64,000 nt of DNA from Leucoraja erinacea (lineage: Eukaryota): positions 62,001 to 126,000 of the forward strand of contig NW_026575759.1 of the NCBI RefSeq assembly GCF_028641065.1, given 5' to 3'. This document shows positions 25,001 to 37,200 of this stretch, piece after piece. Position numbers and translations under genes: made by a program. Every line of letters begins with the position of its first letter. Positions within the stretch are counted from its first letter, which is position 1. Under the pieces are notes generated by a model that did no database searches, had not been told where the DNA came from, and was given only the letters and a program-made list of their open reading frames with translations.

Positions 25001-28000
25001 CCTTCTTCAGAGGCTCAGTGGTGTAGCGGTAGAGTTGCTGCCTTACATAGTCATAGAGTCATAGATTATAACAGCGTGAGCAGGCCCTTCGGCCCAATTC
25101 GCCCAAACTGGCCAACAATGTCCCAGCTACCCTTGTCCCACCTGCCTGCGCTTGGACCCTAACCCTCCAAACCTGTCCTATCCATGTACCTGTCCAACTG
25201 TTAAATGATGGGATAGTCCCAGCTTCAACTACCTCCTCTGGCAGCTTGTTCCATACACCCACCTGTTGTGTCCTCTGATGATTCCCCTACTCTGGGTAAA
25301 AGACTCTGTGCATCTATTCCTCTGATGATTTTGTACAGCACCAGCGACCCTGTATTCAATACTGACCATGGGTGCTGTCTATAGGGAGTTTGTACGTTCT
25401 CCCTGTGACCGCGTGGGTTTTATCCGGGCGCTCCGGTTTCCTCCCACACTCCAAAGATGTGCGGGTTTGTAGGTTATTACTCTTATGCTTATTGTTTCAG
25501 AGTGTGTAGGGTCGAACTGGTGTATGGGTCGGCACGGACTCAGTGGGCCGAAGGGCCTGTTTCCACGCTATATCTCAAAACTAAACCACACAATACACCC
25601 ACCCATCATAAAAGCCCCAGAGAACGTAACTAGTCACACCATACTCAACACCTCCACATTGGAATATCCTTTCCTTTCACTTTGAAGGTTGTTTCATGAC
25701 CACATTGACCACAAATTTGACACTCATGTTTTCTGGAGGGGACTGCCTTTGATCACTGAACTTTGGTCATTTCATCCCCTGTCATCTTTACAATCGATTC
25801 TTTTTCTTCCCTCTCTCTCCCAAATATTATTCCAAGTCACCGAAGGAAAAGATTCAATAGGAATGTGAAGGGCGACTGTGTCACTCCAAGAGTGGTGGGT
25901 GTATGGAATGAGCTGTCAGAGGAGGTAGTTGATCAAGGCAGGGTCTATCGCAACGTTTAAGAAACAATAGACAATAGACAATCGGTGCAGGAGGAGGCCA
26001 TTCGGCCCTTCGAGGCAGCACCGTCATTCAAATCATCCACAATCTGTACCCCGTTCCTGCCTTCTCCCCATATCCACTGACTCCGCTATCTTTAAGAGCC
26101 CTATCTAGCTCTCTCTTGAAAGTATCCAGAGAACCGGCCTCCACCGCCCACTGAGGCAGTGAATTCCACAGATTCACAACTCCCTGGGTGAAAAAAGTGT
26201 TTCCTCGTCTCCATTCTAAATGGCTTACCCCTTATTAACCATATAACCATATAACAATTACAGCATGGAAACAGGCCATCTCGGCCCTACAAGTCCGTGC
26301 CGAACAACTTTTTTTCCTTAGTCCCACCTGCCTGCACTCATACCATAACCCTCCATTCTCTTCTCATCCATATGCCTATCCAATTTATTTTTAAATGATA
26401 CCAACGAACCTTCCACCACCACTTCCACTGGAAGCTCATTCCACACCGCTACCACTCTCTGAGTAAAGAAGTTCCCCCTCATGTTACCCCTAAACTTCTG
26501 TCCCTTAATTCTGAAGTCATGTCCCCTTGTTTGAATCTTCCCTATTCTCAAAGGGAAAAGCTGGTCCACATCAACTCTGTCTATCCCTCTCATCATTTTA
26601 AAGACCTCTATCAAGTCCCCCCTTAACCTTCTGCGCTCCAGAGAATAAAGCCCCAACTTGTTCAACCTTTCTCTGTAACTTAGTTGTTGAAACCCAGGCA
26701 ACATTCTAGTAAATCTCCTCTGTACTTATTCTCAAACTGTGTGTGGCCCCTGGTTCTGGAGTCCCCCATGATTTAAATGGTGAAATATATTTAATCTGAG
26801 GAATGGGGGTGCCAGGTACCTGGAGAAGCACCAACCCCAGCTCAACTCTGCCTGCACCCGCCGGGACAACTGACAGCTGGAGCAAGTGTCTCTCCCCCTC
26901 CCGCGCAGGCTGCATGTCTGGGGTCTGCCACCGCCCCCGCCTGCCCTGGACAGGGGCGGGCCCCCCAGGAGGGGACGGGGACCCAGCAGCACCAGAGACC
27001 CCGTCCCAACCCCGAACGTAAAGCAGGCCTACCCACAACGCCGCAGCACGGCTGCCGAGAATGTTTATAGCGAGTGACCTATGACCTGGGCATGCGCAGT
27101 TGGAATACCGAACTCACTTATTTTTGGCTGGGGAAGGTGATCTCAAGAGGGATTACCTGAGGAGAGCTGTGGAACTGTTTAAGAAAGAACTGCAGATGCT
27201 GGAAAAATCGAAGGTAGACAGAAATGCTGGAGAAACTCAGCGAGTGCAGCAGCATCTATGGAGCGAAGGAAATAGGTGACGTTTTGGGTCGGGACCCATC
27301 TTCAGACTGCTGTGGAACTGGTAAACGACAAGGGTGGAGGAAGGGGGGCAAGGGGGCCACGCCGTCGCAGTTCCTTCAGCACTTTGGTGGTTTTTTTTGC
27401 TCAATATGTCAATGGCCTGCAGCTTGTTGTCTGCACTGTTGTTGCAGTTCCGCTTTCGACCAGACGGTGGTGATCGCGAGCCGTACCAGGGTCGGTGCAG
27501 TTTCTCGCCTCCTGGAGGCCAGGGAGAGAGTGAAGAACCCAAATGCTGCCTCTCCTCTCCAAGTTGGTCATTTAATAAAGATATCATAATGGAGATGTCA
27601 AAGAATCGAGGAGCGAGCCTTAAGGTTGGAGGGGAGAAGTTTAAAGGATAGACACTAACTCGGCAGGCCAGGCAGCATCTCTGGAGAGCAGGAATGGGTG
27701 ATGTTTTGGGACGAGAACCTTCTTCAGACGTTTAAAGATGTGCCGGCTAAGATTTTACTGAAAGCAGAAAGGGGTGCGCTGCCAGGAGTGGTCGGTGAAG
27801 CATACAATAGTGGTGTTCCACATAGGCACAAAGAATATGCAGGGAATGGAGGGATATGGATCATGTGGGTCATGATGATTAACTTGGCATCATGTCCAGT
27901 ACAAACATTGTGGGCCGAAGGGCCAGTTCCTGTGCTGTACTAACCCACGCTCTATGTTCTAGTATCTTGTGGATGATAAATGCAATAAAGCAACATCTAA

Positions 28001-28848
28001 ATTCAAATTGGATGACATTTTTAATTTTAGTTACATACATAATATTCCTCAAAGGATAGAAAAACACGGTTTCAAATGCAAATGCATAATACTTATACGG
28101 TTCAACTGCAAATGGCTGCAACTGAATAAAATACAAATCATTATTAGGATCCCTCTGTTACACATGCAGAGTAACAGTAAACATGTAAATCTTAAATTTT
28201 CAATGAAAAAATATTACTGAATTTCGATGCCAGCAATTTTCTGGCAGAGAAAGACGTGTCAATTTGACATACTGGTTAATGTTGAAATTAAAAATATGTA
28301 CAAGATTCATATTTTAAATTGATTTTTATTGAAAAATGTTTAATTGTATTAAAAAAAATGTAATACGCAGAATAATTGAATATTCGCTGCTCCTGAGAGC
28401 AGAGAATTCAAAAGTATTATTTTCACTGAGTGCAAAAATTGACACTCAGATCTAAACAGTCGCCCCATTATTCTGAAACAAAGACCCCCAGCCCACTCAT
28501 TTTCATGACAGGCAGGCAGATTAAACATCCACTTAGTAACATCAACCCTAAATACTTGAAATAATAGCACCCCCCAGTTCTCTAAAGTTTCGCTAAGATA
28601 ACGTTAGGGTGACTGGTTTCCTCCCACATTCCAAAGACGTGCAGGTTTGTGGCTAAATGGTTGAAGAAAGAACTGCAGATGCTGGAAAAATCGAAGGTGG
28701 ACACAAATGCTGGAGGAACTCAGCGGGTGAGGCAGCATCTACGGAATGAAGGAATAGGTGACGTTTGAGAGCTGGATAGGGCTCTTAAAGATAGTGGAGA
28801 CAGGGGATATGGGGAGAAGGAGGAACGGGGTACTAATTGGGGATGATC

Positions 28849-29982
28849 TTCTCTCTCTATTTGCTGCCACTTGGTTCCATACTAAGGAAGCACGGAATTT
28901 CATTCCACTTTTATGCAGACGACAGTCAGATTTATGTGCCTCTTAAAAAGAATGATGAACACTCTGTCGGACTGTTAGTTGAGTGTCTCAATGACATAAA
29001 GGCCTGGATGGCTCTGAACTTTTTTAAATTTAATGATAAAAAGACGGAAGTAATGGTTTTTGGTGGCACCACTGGGGTCCCCCCTGTAGATCTGGGCTCC
29101 CTGGCCCAGTATATTAAACCAAGCATCACAAACCTAGGGGTTAAAATGGACCCTGAGCTAAAATTTGACAATCAGATCAAGGCTGTTGTTAAATCAAGTT
29201 TTTTCCATCTGAGGCAGCTGGCCAAAATAAAGCCAATTCTGTCAAGGCAGCATTTTGAGACGGTAATCCACGCCTTTGTTACCACTCGGCTGGATTACTG
29301 CAATGCACTGTATGTGGGGGTTAGTGGGTCCTCCATCGCCCGTCTCCAGATGGTACAGAATGCAGCTGTACGTCTTTTAACTGGCACACGTAAACATGAG
29401 CACATTTCGCACATTTTAGCCTCACTCCACTGGTTGCCTATTCAGTTTAGGATCCATTTTAAAATTATTTTATTTGCTTTTAAATACCTGAATGGTCTTG
29501 CCCCGCCCTACCTATCTGAGCTTCTACACCCTTATACACCCGCCCGCTCTCTCAGGTCAGATAATCAGCTGCTCCTGAGTGGGCCTAAAACTAAGCTGAA
29601 GCTCAGAGGGGACCGTGCCTTTGCTGTGTCGGCACCCAAATTATGGAATGATCTGCCTCTCCACATTAAACAGGCCTCTTCTCTGTCTGTTTTTAAATCA
29701 CTTCTTAAAACCCATCTCTTCTCCGTGGCCTTTGATACCCAGTAAGATGTCGACTTTATTTATTTACTTGAGTTAATTTCTTATTTTTTGATTGCTTTTA
29801 TTCCGTGGTTATTATTTTTACTCATGTTTTATGTCTTTTAATTTATTGTTGTATTTCATATGTAATTTTTGCGCCTCATGTGAGCTGTTATGGTGTCTGT
29901 TTATGATGTCTTGTTTATTCTTCTGTACAGCACTTTGGCTGTTTTAAAGTGCTTAACAAATAAAGTTGGATTGGATTGGATT
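28849..29982 (+). mobile_element. L2 LINE, 5'-truncated, with an uninterrupted ~300-aa RT C-terminal frame
   Basis: ORF 28837..29745 with FHFYADD, TTRLDYCN, LHWLP, GDRAFAV; (TTGGA)n tail; 8-bp TSD GGATGATC (28841-28848 / 29983-29990). Confidence 0.92.
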
Positions 29983-30739
29983 GGATGATCAGCCATGATC
30001 ACATTGAATGGTGGTGCTGGCTCGAAGGGCTGAATGGCCTACTCCTGCACCTATTGTCTATTGTACGAAGGATGATGTTAGTGTGCGAGGATCGCTGGTC
30101 GGCACAGACTCGGTGGGCCGAGGGACATGTTTCCACGTTGTATCTCTACACTAAACTCAACTGAAGGTCGACACAAAATGCTGGAGTAACTCAGCGTGTC
30201 AGGCAGCATCTCTGGAGTAAAGGAATAGGTGACGTTTCGGGTCAAGGCCCTTCTTCAGACTGAGAGTCGGGGGAAAAGGAAACGATAAATATAGCAGAAA
30301 AAAATGAATAAAAAATATGCAAAAAGCAATGACGATCAGGGAAAGGGGAGCCCACAATGGTCCATTGTTGGCTGTCGGGTAGATGATAATGAGTTATGCA
30401 GAGGGTGAAACTGAACAGGACGACAGTGAAACTAGTACGATGACTGGTGGGGGAGAGAGGGAACGCAAGGGTTACTTGAAGTTATTTGGACCCTCCTTCA
30501 TCACTTGTATCTGTCTGATGAATCTTTGTTGAATTACCTTAAAGTGAATCTATTGAACCTTAACGTACATCTTTCGACTCCAGGCTGGGTTTCACCAGCA
30601 TTTTTGTGACAATAGAGTTTTCATTCATTTGTTCATTAAAGCATTTAAGGAAGATATTTGGCAGTAAAGTGAAGAATTGGCAGTAGTGAAACATTTAAGC
30701 CAGGCTGCCACTCAGCCATGCTGAGTTAAGACTGCTTTG

Positions 30740-31278
30740 TTAAGAATCTTTGGCGGGCGAATCCAAGGGGCAGATTTTCAACATTTTGTTGGCATGGGAC
30801 GTGTGGAAACATGGGTAGACCTTCTCGGTGAACTTGCACTCAGTGAATGTGTGGAGAAAAGATTTACTGTTTGCAATGAAAAATGAAACAACCCGACTGT
30901 CGTAATCGAGGTAAACTCCAATCTTACTGGGAAACTCATGATAGGTGATGTCCAAGGGCTCGGCAAGGTTGGCTTGGATTTTCTTCTCAGATTGCCCGAT
31001 GGTCCAGACCGTGTTCTCCTGTTTCAATTCAAGTTCTCCTGTATTCTTCACCGTCTCCGCCACAACTCCCAGTGTCCACTTGCGATTCCCGGCCACCTCC
31101 ACTTCCCAGTACTTTTTCCCCGAGGAGAAGCCCTCGGTTCCCAGCGCACATTCCCAGGCTTTAACCATGGCGTATTGATTGGGAGGATTCTTCTCCATCT
31201 CCGTCGCAGTCACGCTCTTCCCATCCTTAGACACCGTCAGCTGGGTGAGCCCTGCTTCAGTGTCGAGCTGTATGGAGA
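30740..31278 (-). CDS. Butyrophilin-like gene 1, terminal B30.2 (PRY-SPRY) exon
   Basis: (V)SIQLDTE...LTVSKDGKSV...ALGTEGFSSGKKYWEVEV...WTLGV...KIGVYLDYDSRVVSFF...LHTF...FTEKVYPCF; acceptor gtttcccag. Confidence 0.92.
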
Positions 31279-34200
31279 CTGGGAAACAAAATTAATTACA
31301 GCTGATTATGGATGAAACAATCAACATGAATTTCAAATCAAAACTCCAATCAGTTGTGGTTGTAGCCCAGACCATCACACACAGAATCCTTGACTCCATC
31401 TACACTTCACGCTGCCTCGGCAAGGCCACCAGCATGATCAATAGACAATAGACAATAGACAACAGGTGCAGGAGTAGGACATTCGTCCCTTCGAGCCAGC
31501 ACCGCCATTCAATGTGATCATGGCTGATCATCCCCAATCAGTACCCCGTTCCTGCCTTCTCCCCATATCCCCTGACTCCGCTATCTTTAAGAGCCCTATC
31601 TAGCTCTCTCTTGAAAGCATCCAGAAAACCGGCCTCCACTGCCCTCTGAGGCAGAGAATTCCACAGACTCACCACTCTCTGTGTGAAAAAGTGTTTCTTC
31701 GTCTCCGTTCCAAATGCCTTACCCCTAATTCTTAAACTGTGGCCCCTGGTTCTAGACTCCCCCAGTCTCACCCCGATCACTCCCTCTTCTCCCCTCTCCC
31801 ATCAGGGCAAGAGGTACGGAATGTGAAAACGCACTCACCTCCAGATTCAGGGACAGTTTCTTCCCAGCTGTTATCAGGCAACTGAACCATCCCATCAACA
31901 ACTGGAGAGTGGTCCTGAGCAACTATCTACCTCACTAGAATCCTTTGAACTGTCTTTCATCGGAGGCCATTTAGAACAGAGATGTGGAAACACTTTTTCA
32001 CCCAGAGAGTTGTGAATCTGTGGAATTCTCTGCCTCAGAGGGCAGTGGGGGTCAACTCTCTGGATGCTTTCAAGAGAGAGTAACGATCATAAAGGGAACA
32101 GGCCATTGTAAGCTGTTTGTAGTGTGAATATGAGAAGCTAGTGTGACTTGGGTGGGGGTACAGCTTTAGGGTGAGAGGGCCAAGATGTCGGGATTGTCAT
32201 ATGTTGATAGAATGGAGCAGCTGGGCTTGTATACTTAGAAGGATGAGAGGGAATATTACTGAAACATACAAGATTATTAACATTTTGGACACGTTAGAGG
32301 CAGGAAACATGTCCCCGATGTTGGGGGAGTCCAGAACCAGGGGCCACACAGTTACATAGACATAGAAACATAGAAAATAGGTGCAGGAGTAGGCCATTCG
32401 GCCCTTCGAGACTGCACCGTCATTCAATATGATCATGGCTGATCATCCAACTCAGTATCCCATCCCTGCCTTCTCTCCATACCCCCTGATCCCTTTAGCC
32501 ACAAGGGCCAGATCTAACTCCCTCTTAAATATAGCCAAATGAACTGGCCTCAACTACCTTCTGCGGCAGAGAATTCCACAGATTCACCATTCTCTGTGTG
32601 AAAAAAGTTTTCCTCATCTCGGTCCTAAAAGATTTCCCCCTTATCCTTAAACTGTGACCCCTTGTTCTGGACTTCCCCAACATCCAGAACAATCTTCCTG
32701 CATCTAGCCTGTCCAACCCCTTAAGAATTTTGTAAGTTTCTATAAGAACCCCCCTCAATCTTCTAAATTCTAGCGTCTACAAGCATCTAGTCCATCTAGT
32801 CTTTCTTCATATGAAAGTCCTGACACCCCAGGAATCAGTCTGGTGAACCTTCTCTGTACTCCCTCTATGGCAAGTTTAAGAATAAGGGATTAGCCGTTTA
32901 GAACGGAGATGAGGAAATACTTTTTCACACAGAGAGTTGTGAGTCTGTGGAATTCTCTGCCTCAGAGAGCGGTGGAGACCGGTTCTCTGGATACTTTCAA
33001 GAGAGATTTAGGTAGAGGTAGCGGAGTCAAGGGATATGGGGAGAAGGCAGGAACGGGGTACTGATTGAGGATGATCACAGTGAATGGTGGTGCTGGCTCG
33101 AAGGGCCGAATGGCCTACTCCTGCACCTATTGTCTATTGTCTATTGACTTTTCTTTGCGCTAAATGTTATTCCCTGTATATTGCATCAGTACACTGTGGA
33201 AGGATTGATTGCAATCATGTATTGTCGTTGACTGGGTCGGATGCAACAAAGGGTTTTCACTGCATCTCGGTACACATGGCAATAATGAACTAAACCAAAA
33301 CGTACAAAAGAACTGCAGATGCTGGTTTAAATCAAAGGTAGACACAACATGCTGGAGTAACTCAGTGGGACAGGCAGCATCTCTGGAGAGACGGAATGGG
33401 CGACGTTTCGGGTCGAGGCCCTTCTAAAACATAATACTGTAAAGTAGTAAAGAAAGCACATCAGTGCCACTACTTCCTGAGAAGATTACGGAGAGTCGGC
33501 ATGTCAAGAGGACTCTCTCGAACTTCTACAGGTGCACAGTAGAGAGCATGCTGACTGGTTGCATCGTGGCTTGGTTCAGCAACTTGAGTGTCCTGGACAG
33601 GGCCGGATTTAGATGAAGAGAGGCCCGAAGCTGTTCCACTTGTGAGGTCCCCCCCCCCGGCGTTGGTTTTCAGCCCTGGCGGCGAGGCAGCGACCGGACA
33701 GCAATGGCGGCCAAATCTCCCACAATTCAAAGCGAGGGAGAAAGTGCCCAGCGCCGACCAGTTGCCGTTGCATGCGCAGGGCGGCCGATGATGTGCTGGC
33801 CCGTGGTTGTGCGCATGTGCAGGGGGGGGGAGGGGACGTGCAGGCCGCAGCAATGCGCATGTGCAAGGCGGTCTGCTGTGCCGGCGGATGAGGAGCGTGC
33901 GGAGCCCGGCGGCCCGGACACGGATAGTGGGGGGAGATGGAGAGAGAGAGAGATAGAGAGGGGGGCCCGCCCAGAGTGAACGGTAGGTGTCCTGCCTTGG
34001 CCGGAGGCCCCCCTAGACCTCGAGGCCCTAAGCTTAAGCTTGTCTAGCTTATAGCTAAATCCCGCCCTGGTCCTGGAACAGAAAAGGATGCAGAAAGTTG
34101 TAACCACTGCCCAGTCCATCATCGGCTCTGACCTCCCCACCATCGAGGGGATCTATCGCAGTCGCTGCCTCAAAATGACTGCCAGCATCATCAAGGGCCC

Positions 34201-37200
34201 ACACCATCCTGGCCACACACTCATCTCCCCGCTACCATCGGGCAGAAGGTACAGGAGCCTGAAATCTGTTACATCCAGGTTCAGGAACAGCTACTTCTTC
34301 CCACAGCCATCAGGCTATTAAACTCAACTCAAACAGACTCTGAACAATAACAGCCTATTGCACTTTATCTGTGTAAATGGAACTGCAAATGTTCTGTGTT
34401 TTTTGTTTACAATATTCTGTTGAAGCAAGAATTTCATTGTCCTATCTGGGACACATGACAATAAACTCTCTTGACTTGACTTGACTAAAGGGCCTGTTCC
34501 ACTTGGCGATTTTTTTCAGCGACTGCCGGCATCATTGACTGACATATCAGGCCAGTGATGACATATTGACTCGCGGTGTTTTTTCAAGTGTCGCGACATT
34601 TTTTTTTGTTGCCACTGGATTTTGAAATGTTCGAAATCTTTCGGCGACACTGATATGATGCCGGCAGTTGCCAAAAAAAATCGGCAAGCAGGACAGGCCC
34701 TTAAGGTATTTCAGATGCTGTCAAAGTCTTAGGACACGGTCTACCACGGAGCACTGAGATTTGTTACTAATTTTAAAACCCTCATGCACCACTGCTCTTT
34801 GTATGCTCAAGTTGGATGGTTTGCCCTGTCCACCCGCAGACTCCATCATTGGCATATCCTTATTTATAAGACTATCCTCGGTGTTCTTCCTTCATACCTG
34901 CAGAAGTATGTAATTCGAAAAAGCACAGGAACTTATCAGCTCCGCTCTGAGGACTTGTTCTTACTAACTGCACCTAAAGTCCGTACTGAACTGGGGAAAA
35001 GGGCATTTAGTTATGCTGCTCCCTCCGCATGGAACCAGCTGCAGAATGAACTGAAACTTAAGGAGCTGGTTTCTATAAACAGATTTAAATCCCTTCTTAA
35101 TGATGTTGAAGCGGGCTCTTCTGTCTGTACATGCTTTGTTTGATGATGTTCTGACTGTGACTCTATTTATATGTTCTCTGTTGTTTTTAAATTATTGTCT
35201 GTAACTGTGGAACTGTGCTGCTGCCTGTCTTGGCCAGGACTCTCTTGTAAAATAGATTTTTAATCTCAATGAGACTTCTCCTGGTTAACTAAAGGTTAAA
35301 TTAAAAATTCTCCAATGTAACAATCCACCGGTTCTTACCTTTATTTTCACACATGGTCTCCCAATCTGGAAACAAGGAAGAGCCAGTTAGACGAGAGAAA
35401 TATTCCATGCACACTGTACCATCATTCAATTATTCTCTCATATATGCACTTTTATTTTAATCAAACATTAGAAGCCCCACCAAAATTGGGATCTTGGCTA
35501 CAATAGACAATAGTTGACTGGTTAAAGCTATAATATACTGTTAAGCTGAATGGCTACTACACCACGTATCCTTCATAAGCCCAGAGAGTAGCGGCCCCTG
35601 TACAGTCAAATACTCATCATATGTTAACCCACTCATTCCCATAAACCTCCTCTGGGCCCTCTCCAGCGCTAGCACATCCTTCCTCAGTCATGGGGTCCAG
35701 TATTGCTCACAATACTATCATGTTCTAGTCTTGGTAACATTACCCCCCACCCTCCTTTCACCATCTTTTCTGTATAATAATAATAATAATAAATTTTAGT
35801 TATGGGCGCCTTTCAAGAGTCTCAAGGACACCTTACAAAAATTTAGCAGGTAGAGGAAAAACATGTAAGGGGAATGAAATAAACAGTAGAGACATGACTA
35901 GTACACAAAGTAAAGACAGAATTCAATTCAAAACACAATAATAAGGCAATTAATGCACAGATGAAAAGGGAGGGGGACATGGGGCTAAGGATAGGCAGAG
36001 GTGAAGAGATGGGTCTTGAGGAGGGACTGGAAGATGGTGAGGGACACGGAATTGCGGATCAGTTGGGGGAGGGAGTTCCAGAGCCTGGGAGCTGCCCTGG
36101 AGGAGGCTCTGTCCCCAAAACTGAGGAGGCTGGACTAGTGGATGGAGAGGAGACCGGCTGATGTGGACCTGAGGGACCGCGAGGGTTGGTAGGGGGAGAG
36201 GAGGCCAGTGAGATATGGGGGGGGGGGGGGGGGGGTGCAGATGGTGGAGGGCTTTGTAGGTGAGGATCAGGATTTTGTAGGTGATCCGGTGGGAGATGGG
36301 AAGCCAGTGAAGTTGTTTGAGGACTGGAGTGATGTGATGCCAGGATTTGGTGTGGGTGATGAGTCGGGCGGCTGCGTTCTGGACCAGTTGGAGTCAGTTG
36401 ATGTACGTGGAGCTGATGCCAAGGAGAAGTGAGTTGCAATAGTCCAGTCGGGAGGAGATGAAGGCATGGATGAGTCTTTCAGCAACGGGAGGTGTGAGAG
36501 AGTGTCTGGGTTTGGCGATGTTGCGGAGATGAAAGAAGGAGGTTTTAATGACATGGCTAATGACATGGCACATCGGATGTGAGGCTCAAGGGAGAGGGTG
36601 GAATCAAAGATCACGCCAAGGTTGCGGGCCTGGGGAGATGGGGAGACAATGGTGCCGTCGATGGTGAGAGTGGGGTTATTGATTTTGCTGAGTGTGGCTT
36701 TGCAGCCTATGAGGAGGAATTCTGTCTTATCGCTGTTGAGTTATGCATTCTAATCATGTCCTGCATTGCTAATTCTATTTCCCACTTGGCGATCTTTTCA
36801 GCGACTGCCGGCATCATCGACCGTCGTATCAGGTCACTGAAAAATTTGCAGTGTGATGTGGCGTGACGATGTATTGACATGTTTTTTCAAGTGTCGCGAC
36901 ATTTTTTTTGTAGCCGCTGGATTTTGAAAAAGTTCAAATTCTTTTGGTGACACTGATATGATGCCGGAAAAATCGCCCTTAAGTGGGACAAAGCCCTTAA
37001 CTATCGCCATTCCATTCTTTTTTCGTTAACTTGTGGGTGCATGAGGGGACCCAATTTTCTTGGTGCTTTAAATAAGACACAATTCTAAAACATTTCATGT
37101 AAAGAGGATATCTTACCGGATTTAACGAGGGGTTCCCACTTGTCTAAAAGATGAAAACAAGAAAAATACACTTCAATAATCTTATTGTACAGTTATCGTT

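Noticed and set aside
26790-27130. GC-rich patch as a promoter or exon
   Set aside because: No convincing splice sites, ORF homology or termini; probably an unclassified repeat fragment.
30740-31278. B30.2 exon belonging to a TRIM or NLR gene
   Set aside because: No RING, B-box or NACHT exons were seen; it joins in phase to the Ig-TM-micro-exon series on the same strand.
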